DNA from: Neoechinorhynchus agilis
Taxonomy: Eukaryota > Animalia > Acanthocephala
Direction: 5' to 3'
Assembly: GCA_051530055.1 (NCBI GenBank)
Contig: CM121342.1
Coordinates: 1,894,797 to 1,958,796, forward strand
Length of the DNA stretch: 64,000 nucleotides
This document shows, piece by piece, positions 37,082 to 50,599 of the stretch. The notes beneath the pieces are model-generated. The model was not told the DNA's origin. It searched no databases and was given only the letters and a program-made list of their open reading frames with translations. The position numbers and the translations under genes were made by a program. The number at the start of each line of letters is the position of its first letter. Position 1 is the stretch's first letter.

Positions 37082-39792
37082 ATGACGACGGACGTGTTCA
37101 TTTCCGAAGACTGTATAAATACTGCCAGTTCGCTGACCGCTGGTCATTGTGATTGTCGAGAAAATGAATGCGTATTAACCAAAGCGAGCATTATACGCGA
37201 GAGAGATTTCGGTCTTTTACTTGATCAGCAGAAAGCTGCTGATAATGGACAGGGAATGTCAATTTTTGTGTGTTCGACAAATGACTTTGAACGGTTGGCT
37301 CGTGGCCGGAAAGCGTCAAGCATTGGAGCTTTGGTTCAGCTCGGTTTTCTTGAAGGCAACGATCGGTGTAAGAATTTGAATCGGTGCATGGAAGTTGCCC
37401 GTCGCCGAAGGACATTCATTTCAATTTGGAATCTGGCTCTTGTAGACAAGAGGGTTTGTGTGACTCTTTCTCAGGACAGAAAATTATCGTGGATACATAA
37501 ACAGATCCGTTGGATGGGTGGATTCGTTGAGCGTTCGATGAACGACAGTGTAACTCACCTCGTTTGTGATAGCAGTTCGTCGGAAGCCTACAAAGCTGCG
37601 GTGGCTCGTGGATTTCGTTCCATTCTAACCTACAATTGGCTTATAAAGTGCTGGATGACCGGGGATTCGAGCATTAATGAAACATGGACGTTCAAGGTGT
37701 TCAGTGGTCTTAGCTTCTGTCTTAGTGGTTATCCGGTTGAAGAACTCGTTGCAATGGAAAAACAAATTGCCAACAACGGGGGGCGCGTTGTTTCAAACTG
37801 CCACAAATGCACTCATCTTGTTCTCTACGATGCGAATGAAGTTCCTAGTTCAGTGCCGGACCATATTTTCGCTGTAAATCATACGTGGCTTAAGAGTTGC
37901 CTTACCTCACAAATCCGAGTTGACGAAAATCTTCATTATTTGAATGCAAACGTCTTGAATGCTTCTCTGGCTTCCTGTTCAAGTAGACGATCTACTGAAA
38001 CACCTAGAAAACGAGGATTCTTGACTGCTCTAAACACGGTTTTGTCCCCAAGACATTCTATACTCGTGCAGTCGGAAACCAAGCGGAGGAGAAGCTCAAG
38101 AAGATCCGTATCTGCTACCCACGAATTTTCCAGTCGGAAAATCGCTATTGCGGCACATTTTCTGCTGTGACCGAAGAGTCCACTATTCGTTATTTCAAAG
38201 CGTCGCGAGCTTTATGTGAAATTCGTTGACTTTTTAAGTCCTAACAATCGCAGTGACCCGTAACCCGTCTAATAAATTTTACTTCGCAATATTCAACACT
38301 TCAAAATCACCAGAATTTGTGCCATAAACGAATGCACCGGATCCAAGAACTCTATAACACAGAATGTAGCTACATTGGCACTTTAAACGTGATTTTGAAA
38401 CTACAGCGGAAATTGAGCGAACATGGCATTTTACCTCATTCAGAAATCAACAAAATATTTGGGAAAGTGGAACCGATCCGGGATGTTCATGAAATTATTC
38501 GAGAACGTCTTAAGGAAATAACGGCTAATCGTCGCCAGAACGCCATGATTGGTGAAATATTTCTGAACCTTGACGAGGATCTCATTAAGGCCTACACTCC
38601 ATACGTCAATATCCTGGACGAAATTCGTGAGAGGGTTGTTGATCTTCGGCAGCGAAACAGGAAGTTCGCCGAACTAGTGAAAGTGATTGAATCGGATAGT
38701 TGTCCTTCACGGCAAGGTTTCACGGATCTTCTTGTTAAACCGGTTCAGCGCATCGGTTCAATTATTCTCCTTTTGGACGCTCTATTGACCGTGACTCCTG
38801 TTGATCACCCAGATCGGAATGCACTCACTGACGCCGTGGGCAAAATTCGCAGGGTTGCTGAATCCATTAATAAAAGCAAAAGGCTTGTTGAGGATGGTCT
38901 TGTGCTCCTTTCTCTAATAAACGATATTCAAGAATGTCCGGTTGATCTTTATTCACGCGACCGCAGACTCTTACTCGAACTCACAGTTCGAGAATTATCC
39001 GATGAAGTTATTGGTACAAACCACGCTCTTACAGTCTTCGTTTTCAGTGATTGTATGGAAATTGTGAAGCTCAAAAGACACACCATGAGTAGGCTGAGTT
39101 CATTTCATGGTTCCATACTTTCTACGGTCAACCACAGACAACGCCATTCTTTTAAGCACGTCCTCATGATCAATATGATGTCCATTACCAATATCCATTT
39201 ATGTGATCCAGTGATTGAAAACGTTCAAAGTTCACCTCTGACTACAACACCAGCAGTTTCGATCACATTTCAAGATCCACCTGAGCCCATAGATGCCATC
39301 TTGATCAATCCATCGTCCATTATTGCTGGAAGCGAGAAGGAACTTTATCGTAAATCGAAAACGTTTGTGTTCCAGGTCGATCGCGTCCGAAGTCACATAA
39401 CTCAGCGACTTAGCTACTACATTCACAACAAAGGAGATGCAATAAAGAGCGTCGGAGACATGGTCGATGCTATCGTTGAACGCGTAGTCGCAATGAGAAG
39501 ATTAGAAGATCCGGAAACTATAAAAGTGCTGACCCGTGTCCCTGATGAACCTCCGATGATCGGAAAGCGCAATTGGAAGAGCTCTCTATCTCGAAAACTA
39601 AGTCGAGTCTTTTCAAACAGTGGAGTTGATTTACCAAAGCATCAAGGTTCGATCGATGGCACAACGATGAGCGAACCAGAATGTCCAAAACTTAAGTCTG
39701 GTATATTCTCGTTTTTGACAAGATCACAAAAGTCAACTTCTTCCCCAGAAAGGCTAAACCAACGTCGGTTTAGCTTTAAAAGTCAAAGATAA
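37082..39792 (+). CDS. ECT2: ECT2/pebble RhoGEF (tandem BRCT, DH, PH); intron near 38108-38313, boundaries uncertain
   Basis: BRCT motifs (IRWMGGFVERSMNDSVTHLVC, FSGLSFCLSG, CTHLV, W) and DH motifs (QELYNTECSYI, LLVKPVQRIGSIILLL, HPDR). Confidence 0.9.
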
Positions 39793-42333
39793 CAATTTGA
39801 TTATTTGTTCGAATGTAAGATGTCCACGTGTCTCCGATGTAAGTAATTCCTCCGAATTCGATCAACATACAAATCGCGTTTGTGAATGACGAGTAAAGCG
39901 ACTAGTAGCTTGTTTGTTAAAAAATTGAAAACAACGATTTATAAGATACATTTGACAGAGAAACATTTTTATGGGTTTGGATGTAAATTGGTTTGATGAC
40001 CTACCATGTTCAGTTTACGCAGTTTATATTCGAGGTTAAAAATATATATTTAGACTGATGTCAAAACGTAACGAAATCCAAGAGTTCAAATAGAATGATA
40101 TTGGATTTTCATTTCATTGGAATCAAATATACACATATCATCGTACTCCACTGAAGATCGCCAGTGATCCGGTAAGTGATTGTATCTTAATAATATCTCC
40201 TAAATCAATTATTTAGATGTAAATAGATTGAAGATGTACTGATTTGCGTATAAAGACATTGTTTTGGGTTAGGTCTGGAAAGCTTTTCAGCAACCTCGGT
40301 GAGTGTAAAAAATTGGAATTTATTCATGTAATGTTGATGCGCTAACATAATTGTCAACATGTTTTATCGAAGTCTCAAAACGGTAAACTTGGCCGGTTCA
40401 GGAAACAATCGGTATGAAGCAAAGCTTAGCAGGCAGTGCAATCGAGTCGCCGAGAAAATTCTACTTTCTCAACAAGTTGCATTTCATCTTTGAGTCTTAA
40501 GTTATAGTTTCGTAATTGTCTCTTTCCCAAGGTCAGCGTCAACGTAATCAGTTCAAAGTTCACAAAATTATTTGCAAGTGGAATTGTGGGGTTTCTGATA
40601 ATAAATCGCATACTTTGCGATGATATATCACTTGCAATGAAAACAAAATGATTATTTAAATCATAGATTATTTCAGTGTATTTTCTCGACGGCCCAAAAT
40701 GTCGCGACTCATTCAATGACGGCTATAGTTGCTCGCGTTAATATATCTTAAACAGTAGCCTGCGGAATCTTTTCTATCCGATTTTGTTCAGTTATATCGA
40801 ATTATTGTCTTTTAATTTTCTTACATTCATCATCCGATGTGCTCATACCTTTTACTGGTTAGTTTTAGATAAATATCGTAAAGATGTTCTAACCTGCTAC
40901 TGAAAATTAGACTCATAAAATTGAACGTAGACTGTTGTTGGATGGCACTTCGGATTTTGACAGCATTCCATCAAGAGCTCCTTATACTGTATGACGGTTT
41001 GTATATGACATCTAGATAAATCTGTCATTTTTTGTATATCATGAAAATGATTTGACTATGACCTAAAATTTAATTTTCCATGGTGTTCATAAGAGGCAAA
41101 AGGATACTATTGACCCGAATTTACTTTATCCAGTAACTAGAGAAAATAAGTGCATAAAAGGCAAAATGTTGATAATTTTCCTACAAAAGTGAATAAAGTT
41201 ACTATTTTTAACTTAGAAGTATGATAAAATTTATCTTACGCCTGGCTAGCTTATTGCAATTTTTCTCTAAGTGTTGTTAACATTCCTTGCCGTGTAAGAG
41301 ATGCTCACCTCAACACTTACAGAAAAAGTATGAATTCCTCACGTTCTGCCCGAAAAATATCGAGTGAAAACAAAAAATAAGTTTGTGAACTTATTATTGT
41401 GACAGATAATCGAAATTCAAGTCACAGAACTAGAATTTCGTCTGATTAATTTGTTTTAAAGCATGTTATGAATGGGGTTAAATAGCTAAGGCAATTCCTC
41501 CAATAGTGAATGGCGACAAAAGGCAAACAAGACCAAAGACTAAAAATCACAAAAGTGACAGATTTCTGCGGAAGCAATGGCAATAATGGAACAAATGCAA
41601 TTCCACAATTAAGGTGATTTCTTACGCAAATTCATACAAAATGTCTTTTGGAAATACCACGGTTTGTGAAAAAGAAGGTTAGACTCTTCCACGTAAATTC
41701 CACGGTCATCTACACAACCTCATCAATCCAATTTGATGATAGGTCGAAGGATTGCGCAAATGGTAGCGATGAATGATGTAAACGAGTTTTCTTGCATGGA
41801 CCATCTCTTAATGAGCACCTGATGTTGCGTATTTATCATGGACTGAAAATAGGCACACTTTCCGGATGGTGGTGGCACGGTTGAGAAGATTCACACCCGC
41901 ATTAGTGCCACATTTCCGGCTCTAATCTTTTAGCACCGGGTTTTTTTGTCAAAAGGAGGAGTATACCCCACCGGATGATATCCGAGATATCGTCGACACC
42001 AGGCGGAAAATCAGGGAACATCATCTGTTTATTTCGTTGGCACCGTCGCAAGGGTTAAGATGACGAACAAAAATAGCACCAAACGCACATTTACAGGATG
42101 CGCTTTTTCGCGGCGAATGTCTCTTTCTTGCTTCCAGTGCTGTAGCTCCCTTAGTAACTAATTATGGATAAACCTACACATAAAAGAAGAAGGGAGAAAT
42201 TCTGTGCTATAGACTAGCAGGAAAGCCTCAACTGATTCACACAACCAAACGAGCATATATCTTGGCGTCTTCATCGACAAAAGGTACTCTCTCTTTTCCA
42301 TCTACAACCGGTACTAACCGTCTCAACAACTAG

Positions 42334-45300
42334 ATGGAATTCATTGGGGCAACGTTCGATCCAAACGATTCGGAGGTCATCGATTCGCTTAAGTATTTAC
42401 AGGTCAGTCCTTTTGCCTTCGTAAATTTATTGACTTACCCGTCAATTCCGCACGTGAAAGGTGTCAAAAGAAGAGCGACTTAAAGATGCATCCACTTCTT
42501 TCGATGGAAAAAATAGCGTATGGATTCCTGATGCAAAGGAAGGATTTTTAGCTGCTACTATTAAAAGTACATCCGGAAATAAGACCACTGTAATCGTTGA
42601 TTTAACAAAGGAGGAAAAGACCGTGGATAAGGATAAACTAGAGATGATGAATCCACCGAAGTTCAACAAATGCGACGATATGGCCGACATGACTCACCTT
42701 AACGATGCTACTGTTCTTGCCAACCTTAGAACTAGATACGCTTCGTGGATGATTTACACTTATTCTGGACTTTTCTGTGTTACGATCAATCCGTACAAAA
42801 GATTGCCAATCTACACCGAAAAGATGGTTCTTATGTACCGAGGAAAAAAGAAGAATGAAGTCCCGCCTCATTTGTTCGCCGTTTCTGATATTTCCTACAG
42901 CAATATGTTGAGGGAACGTGAAAATCAATCTATTTTGATCACAGGAGAGTCTGGTGCAGGAAAGACAGAGAACACGAAAAAGGTTATTCAGTATTTCGCA
43001 ACCGTTGGTGCAACTTCCGATCGAAAAAAGGGAGGTCCAAAGGAGTCTAATTTGGAAGACAAAATAGTGTCCGCTAACCCGCTTATGGAATCTTATGGTA
43101 ACGCCAAAACCACGAGAAATAACAACTCTTCTCGATTCGGAAAATTCATTCGAATTCATTTCGGTGCGAATGGAAAAATCGCTGGGGCGGATATTGAGAC
43201 GTACTTGCTCGAGAAATCAAGGGTCATATTCCAACAGAAACAGGAGAGAAACTATCACATTTTCTATCAATTGACTTCCAGTACCTTCCCAGAATACCAC
43301 AAGGAGCTGCTGATTGAGCCTGATCCAATGAAGTATCACTATATCAGTCAAGGAGCTATCACTGTCGACACGATTGATGATTCCGAGGAGATGAAGTTAA
43401 CTGACGAGTCAATTGACATTTTGAATTTCACAAAGGAAGAAAAGATAAATATCTATCGATGCACGGCTGCCATTATGCACTTTGGTAACTCAAGGTGGAA
43501 GCAAAGGCCAAGGGAGGAGCAAGCTGAAAGCGATGGAACCGAAGAGTGTGAGAAGGTTGCCTATTTGCTTGGAGTCGAAGCAGCAGATTTGATTAAAGGT
43601 CTTCTTAAACCACGAATAAAGGTCGGAAGTGAGTATGTGAATAAAGGACAGAACAAAGATCAAGTGACAAATGCCGTTGGCGCCTTGTCCAAATCGGTAT
43701 ATGAGAGAATGTTCAAATGGATGGTCGGGAAGATCAATGAAACTTTGGATATTAAAGTTAAACGTCAACACTTTATCGGTGTACTGGATATTGCTGGATT
43801 TGAGATTTTTGACTATAACGGCATTGATCAAATATTGATCAATTTTACAAATGAAAAACTGCAACAGTTCTTTAACCACCATATGTTCATTCTCGAACAA
43901 GAAGAGTATAAGAAAGAAGGAATTCCATGGGACTTTATTGATTTCGGAATGGATTTGGCAGCTTGTATTGATTTGATCGAGAAGCCAATGGGTATTTTGT
44001 CTATACTCGAAGAGGAATGCATCGTACCGAAGGCTAGCGACCAAACGTTTGTTGCGAAGTTGATGAACAATCATCTTGGGAAGCACCCGAATTTCGGAAA
44101 ACCTAAGCCGCAAAAGAACAAACCTGAAGCACATTTCGAATTGAGGCATTATGCCGGAGCCGTGCAGTACTCGGTCCATGGATGGTTGGAGAAGAATAAG
44201 GATCCAATCAACAACACGGTTGCAGCTTTGTTCAAGAACTCTAAAAACACTCTTCTTGCCAATCTTTATTCGGATATTGGCGACGAGGAGTCCGATAAGA
44301 AAGGAGGTGGTCGATCAAGAAAAGGCGGTAGCATGCAAACAATTTCATCTTTCCATAAAGTGAGTAACTTGTTTCCTGAATTTTTCGCAAAACGCATTAT
44401 TTCCCTTCTTTATAGGACCAATTGAACCGACTGATGACTAACTTAAAAACGACCCATCCTCATTTCGTCCGCTGTATCATTCCGAACGAAGTCAAGACTG
44501 GAGGAATTTTGGACGCTGAACTAGTACTCCATCAGCTACATTGTAACGGTGTACTTGAAGGAATCAGAATTTGTAGAAAAGGATTCCCAAATAGGATGAT
44601 TTATTCAGAATTTAAACAACGGTACTCCATTTTGGCTCCAAATGTGATCCCTAAAGGATTCGTTGATGCAAATAAGGCCACTAAAAACATATTGGAGGAT
44701 GTTAAGCTCTCAGATGAACTGTTCCGACTTGGTCACACAAAAGTGTTCTTTAAATCAGGAGTCCTTGGTCAATTGGAGGACATGCGTGATGCCGCTCTTA
44801 GCAAGATTATCAGCATGTTGCAAGGACGTATTCGTTCGTATGTTCTGAAGATTCATTACAGGAGGATGCTTAATCAGAAATTGGCGTTGGAAGTTCTTCA
44901 GAGAAACATTAAGAGGTACATTTCATTCAGGAACTGGCCATGGTGGAAGTTGTACACTAAAGTGAAACCTCTTTTGTCTGTAGCAAAACAGGAGGAAGAA
45001 GCCAAAAAAATGAAGGAAGAGTTCGATAAGCTAAAGGAAGCGTTTGAGAAGGAAGAGAAGTTGAGGAAGGAATACGAAGAACAAAATTCTAAATTGATCA
45101 AGGATCAAAATGAAATGTTCCAACAACTTGAGAGTGAACGTGCGAGCACCGCTGAAGCTTTGGAACGTGTTGAGAAGTTGGTTGTTCAAAAGGCAGATCT
45201 TGAAGGACAAGTAAAGGAGATGGAAGATCATCTTCAAGAAGAAGAGGAAAATGTATCTGATATGAGCGCAAAGAAACGAAAAGTTGAAGCTGAGCTGGAC

Positions 45301-48300
45301 ACAAAATTGAAAGAAATGGAAGATTTGAGGGTGAAGCTACAGAAAGCGGAATCTGATATCAAAGCGAAACATACTCAGATTCAAACCCAACAGGAGGAGA
45401 TTGCTCGCAACCAGGAGCTTCAGGCTAAATTGCAAAAGGAGAAAAAACGATTGGAGGAAACCAACATGAAGACCAGTGAAGATCTTCAATCTCAAGAGGA
45501 TAAAGCGAACAATCTTACTAAGACGAAGGCAAAACTTGAACAAGCACTCGATGAATTAGAAGACAATCTTGAGCGGGAGAAGAAGGTCAAGGCTGATTTA
45601 GATAAGGCGAAACGCAAGCTGGAAGGTGATTTGAGGATGGCTCAATCATCATTGGAAGACATTGAGCGTGTCAAATCTGAGTTGGAAGATTCATTGAAAA
45701 AGAAAGAGCAGGAGATTATGCAGGCGAATAGTCGACTTGAAGATCAACAAGCCACGCAAAATTCCTTACAAAAACGCCTTAAGGATAATCAAGCTAAATT
45801 GGAAGAAGCTGAGGAGGAGCTTGAAACTGAGAAACAACTGAGAGCTAAGGTGGAGAAGCAAAAGAATGAATTGGCTCGTGAGATGGAGGATATGGGTGAT
45901 CGTCTCCAAGAATCTGGTGGTGCAACCGTGGCACAGGTTGAACTTAACAAGAAACGTGAATCTGAATTGGCAAAATTAAGACGTGATTTGGACGAGGCTA
46001 ATCTTCAACATGAAGCAACCACTACTCAATTGCGCAAGAAACACCAGGATGCGGTTAATGAGATGGGTGAACAAATCGATCAGCTAAGTCGAATGAAATC
46101 GAAACTGGAGAAGGAAAGAGCTGATTTGAAGTCAAAGATAGAAGATTTGCATACTCAATACGAACATGCCATTAAGGGCAAGTTAGCTTCGGATAAGCTT
46201 TCGAAGCAGCTCGAGTCTCAGTTGCAGGAAGGCAACGTTAAGCTAGACGACTTAAATTCGAAACTTAATGAAGCAAATAGTCAGAAGTCTCGATTGACTC
46301 AAGAGAATGCAACATTTGAACAACATATCGAGGATCTTGAAGGACAGCTTTCATCTTTCACAAAGGTATTTATTCTTTTAAGAATTAACAATTAAATGCA
46401 TTTCCTGTGCGAAAAGGTTAAACAAACATTGTCAGCCCAAGTACAAGACCTCCAAAGACAAGTGGATGAAGAAGTTCGAAGTAGAAATGCAATGTCAGCT
46501 CAGCTTCGTAATGTCACTGCTGATTTCGAATCTACTAAAGATCAATTGGACGAGGAACAAGAAGCTAAGCTTGAGATGCAAAAGAATGTCGCCAAATTGA
46601 ATGCTGAGGTTTGTAGTCTTGCCAACAAACTAAAATTCACCGCATCATGTCGTGCAGATTCAACAATGGAGAACTCGTTATGAGACCGAAGGACTTGCAC
46701 GTGCGGAAGAGCTCGAGGAAGCCAAGCGAAAATTGGCAGCTAAACTCAGTGAGGCCGAAGAGCAAGTCGAGTCGGCTCTTAGTAAATGCATTCAACTTGA
46801 GAAAGTCAAGCAGCGTCTTCAGGGAGAAGTTGAGGATCTCATGGTCGATGTTGAACGAGCAAATGCAAATGCCGCTGTCATGGAAAAGAAACAAAAACAA
46901 TTCGATAAGCTCATTGGAGAATGGAAGCAGAAATGCGAAGATGTTACAGTTGAACTTGAGGCTTCACAAAAGGAGGCTCGGCAATACTCTACTGAATTGT
47001 TCAAACTCAAGACTCAATATGAGGAAGTGCTTGATCAACTCGAGTCGGTTAAACGGGATAATAAAAACTTGAGTGAGGAAATCAGTGATGTTGTGCAACA
47101 AATGTCTGAAGAAGCTAAGAATATTCATGAGGTTGAAAAGGCTAGGAAGCGCGCTGAAATGGAGAAGGACGAACTTCAATCTGCACTTGAAGAAGCCGAA
47201 GGTGCATTAGAACAAGAGGAAGCAAAGGTATTGCGAACTCAAATGGAATTGAGTACGGTTAGACAAGAGATTGATAGACGTCTTCAGGAGAAAGAGGAGG
47301 AGTTTGACGCCACACGTCGTAATCACCAGAGAGCTATGGAATCAATGGCCGCTAGTCTTGAAGCAGAAAATAGAGCTAAACAAGAAGCATTGCGGCAGAA
47401 GAAGAAATTGGAAGCTGATATTAATGAACTCGAAGTTAGTCTTGACCAAGCTAACCGCACAATTGCAGACGCACAAAAGACTATTGCTCGTAACCAAGAA
47501 TATATCCAGGAACTTGAGATCAGACTTGAAGATGAACAGATCAAAGCACAACGTGCTCGCGATGCAGCTGCTAATGCTGAACGACGGGCTAATCTTTTGC
47601 TTGGAGAACTCGATGAACTCAGGACCAGTTTGTCACAGACCGAGAAGGCACGACGCGCAACTGAGATGCACTTGGCTGAAGCAGTTGAGCATGCAGGTGA
47701 ATTGAGTTCACTTAATGCCAACTTGGCAAGCCAGAAGAGTCAACTTGAAAATTCAATCGCTTCTATGCAAGCTGATCTTGACGAAGCAGTCAGTGAACTT
47801 AAGACAAGTGAAGAGAACTGCAGGAAGGCTGCAGCCGACGCAGCCAGATTGGCTGAAGAATTGCGACATGAGCAAGATCATGCTGCGAACCTTGATAGAA
47901 TCAGAAGTGGTCTCGAACAACAACTTAAAGATTTCCACTTGAGACTTGAGGAAGCTGAAGCCAACGCCATGAAGGCGAGCAAGAGAATCATACAGAAATT
48001 AGAAGAGAAGGTGAGTAGTGCGGTTGAGCGCTTTAGCACCGCAGTACAAACAATCCCTTGTCCTTAACCTAGATAATATCCCTTGAATCTGAACTTGAGA
48101 CGGTTAATCACAATTTCGAAGAAGCTTCAAAGAATTTCAGAAAGGCTGAACGTCGGGTGAAGGAAATGATCTTCCAAGCTGAGGAAGACAAAAAGACTCA
48201 ACAACGCCTGCAGGAACTAGTTGAGAAGCTCAATTCTAAGGTTAAGGTATACAAGAGACAGGTTGAAGAGGCTGAGGAAGTTGCAACAATGAATCTGGCC

Positions 48301-48450
48301 AAATACCGCAAAGCTGCTGTTGATTTGGAGGACGCTGAAGAACGTGCCGATACTGCTGAAACACAATTAAACAAGTTCCGTGTGATTGGACGAAGTGCTA
48401 CTGTGATGCGATCATCACCAACGGTAAGAGCTCAAGTTAAGACATCCTAA
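42334..48450 (+). CDS. Mhc: Muscle myosin II heavy chain, about 1946 aa; coding exons 42334-42402, 42461-44359, 44416-46365, 46417-46608, 46658-48010, 48073-48450
   Basis: GESGAGKT P-loop, [39 protein letters not shown], long coiled coil. Five GT-AG introns of 49-62 nt restore the frame. A 5'UTR intron 42284-42333 contains TACTAAC. Confidence 0.98.
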
Positions 48451-49369
48451 TAATTTAAATTGCTCTCTTAAGCGTGAACATTCGATTGCACCAAGAGACG
48501 CCAGATCGGTATCTAGATTCAGGTAAATACTTATCATTATCAAACGAATTGACGGTAGCATCGCGATAACAATCTGGTAATTTGCCAAGACAGTTGACTG
48601 CAGATTAGAACGTACTTTCATTCTCACTTAAATAAAATGTACGAGTTACGAGCTCAAGGAAAGATTGAAGGTTAAGGATTAATATTTTGTAAACGTGAGA
48701 TTAATTTTTCAATTTTTTAAATTTAGGTCAACATTAACATGTTTTTAAATACAATTGTTATGTTTTAGTTTAGTATCCTATAAATTATTCACCAATCACT
48801 TTTACATGGGAAACATTTCCCATCGATTAATATTGATTGTATATCTTAAGAATCTTAATTTTAAGTAAAACCACCTTACTGGCTTTCAAGCTTTTTTGCC
48901 AAAGAAAATTCTCTTCGATGTACACCACGATCTTTAAGCAGGTCAAATTCCATTTTCATTGGTTGTCTTAGCAATCTTAATTTTTAAAAGCAGTAAAAAA
49001 AATAAGAAAATTCAAATCTGTTTTAAATTATTTTTGATTCTCGAATTTCTATTATGTACCTGCTTTACCAAACTTATTTTCGTCATCTTTTGCAGAACAA
49101 GTTGTTTCTCATTTTAATTGACTTCTTTGGAGACCTTAATTTTTCAAAGAACTGACCAAATCTTAATAGCTTGTTTTTTCGCCGGCCTAAATTCGCATTC
49201 GATTCTAACTGTATGCCTAAACGATTCTTGTTTAAAAAAGAGGCTAATTCCTCCAGTTGTTGAAATAATGGTTTCCATCTACAACACAAATTTTTAAGGA
49301 ATCAAATTCTGTTTTATTTGGTGCTCTTTGTAATTTTAATTAATATTGAAGAACATTTTTGAGAGTCCG

Positions 49370-49918
49370 ATATTTCCATGGTTCTTGTGTCGACCCCAAA
49401 GAACGAACACTTCTACTCGCGGCTGCAACCAAATGGTCCGGTAGTTTTCTTAACGCTTTATCAATCCCGTCGACTGGTACTAAAATCGATGACCGCTCCT
49501 TTGGTCTCGCTTAAGCACAACGCTTATTCGTGGCTTCCTCCGGCGCCAAGACGGGCAGCACACGAAACTTACGGATTCGATTGGCCCAAAACCCAAGCCA
49601 TGCATTTAATACACAGGGCATTGGTCTTTCTTTGAGCCGATCGGTTTAAACAGGGATGACGGGAAAGGACCGGACGGCGTATCAACATTTCCGTGGGAAA
49701 GAGGTCGTCTCCTTGGGACTTCACCTGCGCGATACCATTGCAAAGACCAACTTGTCCCCTGCAGTCTCCGGAGTCGGTGAAGTAGCGAAAAGGGCACAGA
49801 AAATGATAGAAGTACAAATGCTTCGATCCGTCGATTCTACATTTTCCAACCTCTCGCCATTGAGACATATTTTGCATAAGAAGAGGGGGTGGAATAAGAC
49901 CGTTTAGGAATTTTTTTT
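49370..49918 (+). mobile_element. Decayed CRE-like non-LTR retrotransposon fragment (post-RT region and RLE)
   Basis: Frameshifted LLLAAATKWSGSFLNAL, FEPIGLNRDDGKGPDGVSTFPWERG, WDFTC, DTIA and FQPLAIET. Confidence 0.85.
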
Positions 49919-49919
49919 G

Positions 49920-50520
49920 AAGAATGAGAGAGAACAGCCCTTGGGGGACCCTCGTTGATTGCTGAGGTGTTCGAGGCTATGCTCCCTATTTCGATAAATT
50001 GCAATCTATTGTTTAGAAAGGATTTCAAACATTTGATTTGCCAGGCGGCAAGACCAAATTTAAAGCAAGTATCAAGTAGAAGATTGTGATCAACGCAATC
50101 AAAAGCGTTATGAATTTCGATTAGAATGAGTCGAGCGATAAATAAAGGTTGTGCATAGATGTTATGAAGAAGAGAATCGTAGAAGCCAACCATGAAATCG
50201 AACTGAATGGGTGAAATTTTTCGATTGAAGATTGGCAGAAGGTGTGCTTTAAAACATCACTTTAAGACATTAGAGAAGGTAAGATAGAGACGGGTCGAAA
50301 ACTTGAGGTGGATATAAGTTAACCTGCATTCGGGAACAGGGTTACCTGAGCTGTTTCAAGGCAATTAGGGAAGATTACGGTCTTGAAACTTTGGTTGATT
50401 GTGTGGGTAAGTTGATCGATTAAATCTGGGATGATAAAGCGTAGAGCCCAGTTGGGAATAAGAGAAAATTTGCGTGGTAGTTTCCGAAGAAGCATGAGGA
50501 TATCATACGTGGAAATCATG
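49920..50520 (-). mobile_element. Decayed LINE reverse-transcriptase fragment (CR1/L2/Jockey-like)
   Basis: LTHTINQSFKTVIFP, FRPVSILP, NAFDCVDH, LKSFLNNRLQF, NEGPPRAVLS; contains stops. Confidence 0.85.
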
Positions 50521-50599
50521 GGAGGTGAAAACAGCAGAAGCAGAGACCAGTTGCTTAATTCTGGAAGGAGATGACGGTTTGTAGGGGGGTATAGGCGTC

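Noticed and set aside
40120-40300. Two small GT-AG-bounded segments between ECT2 and Mhc
   Set aside because: They could be UTR exons, but no frame or gene assignment can be supported.
42442-47938. Numerous antisense and alternative-frame ORFs over Mhc (also over HSP90B1, SMC2 and ECT2)
   Set aside because: These are shadow ORFs of long coding exons with no independent motifs.
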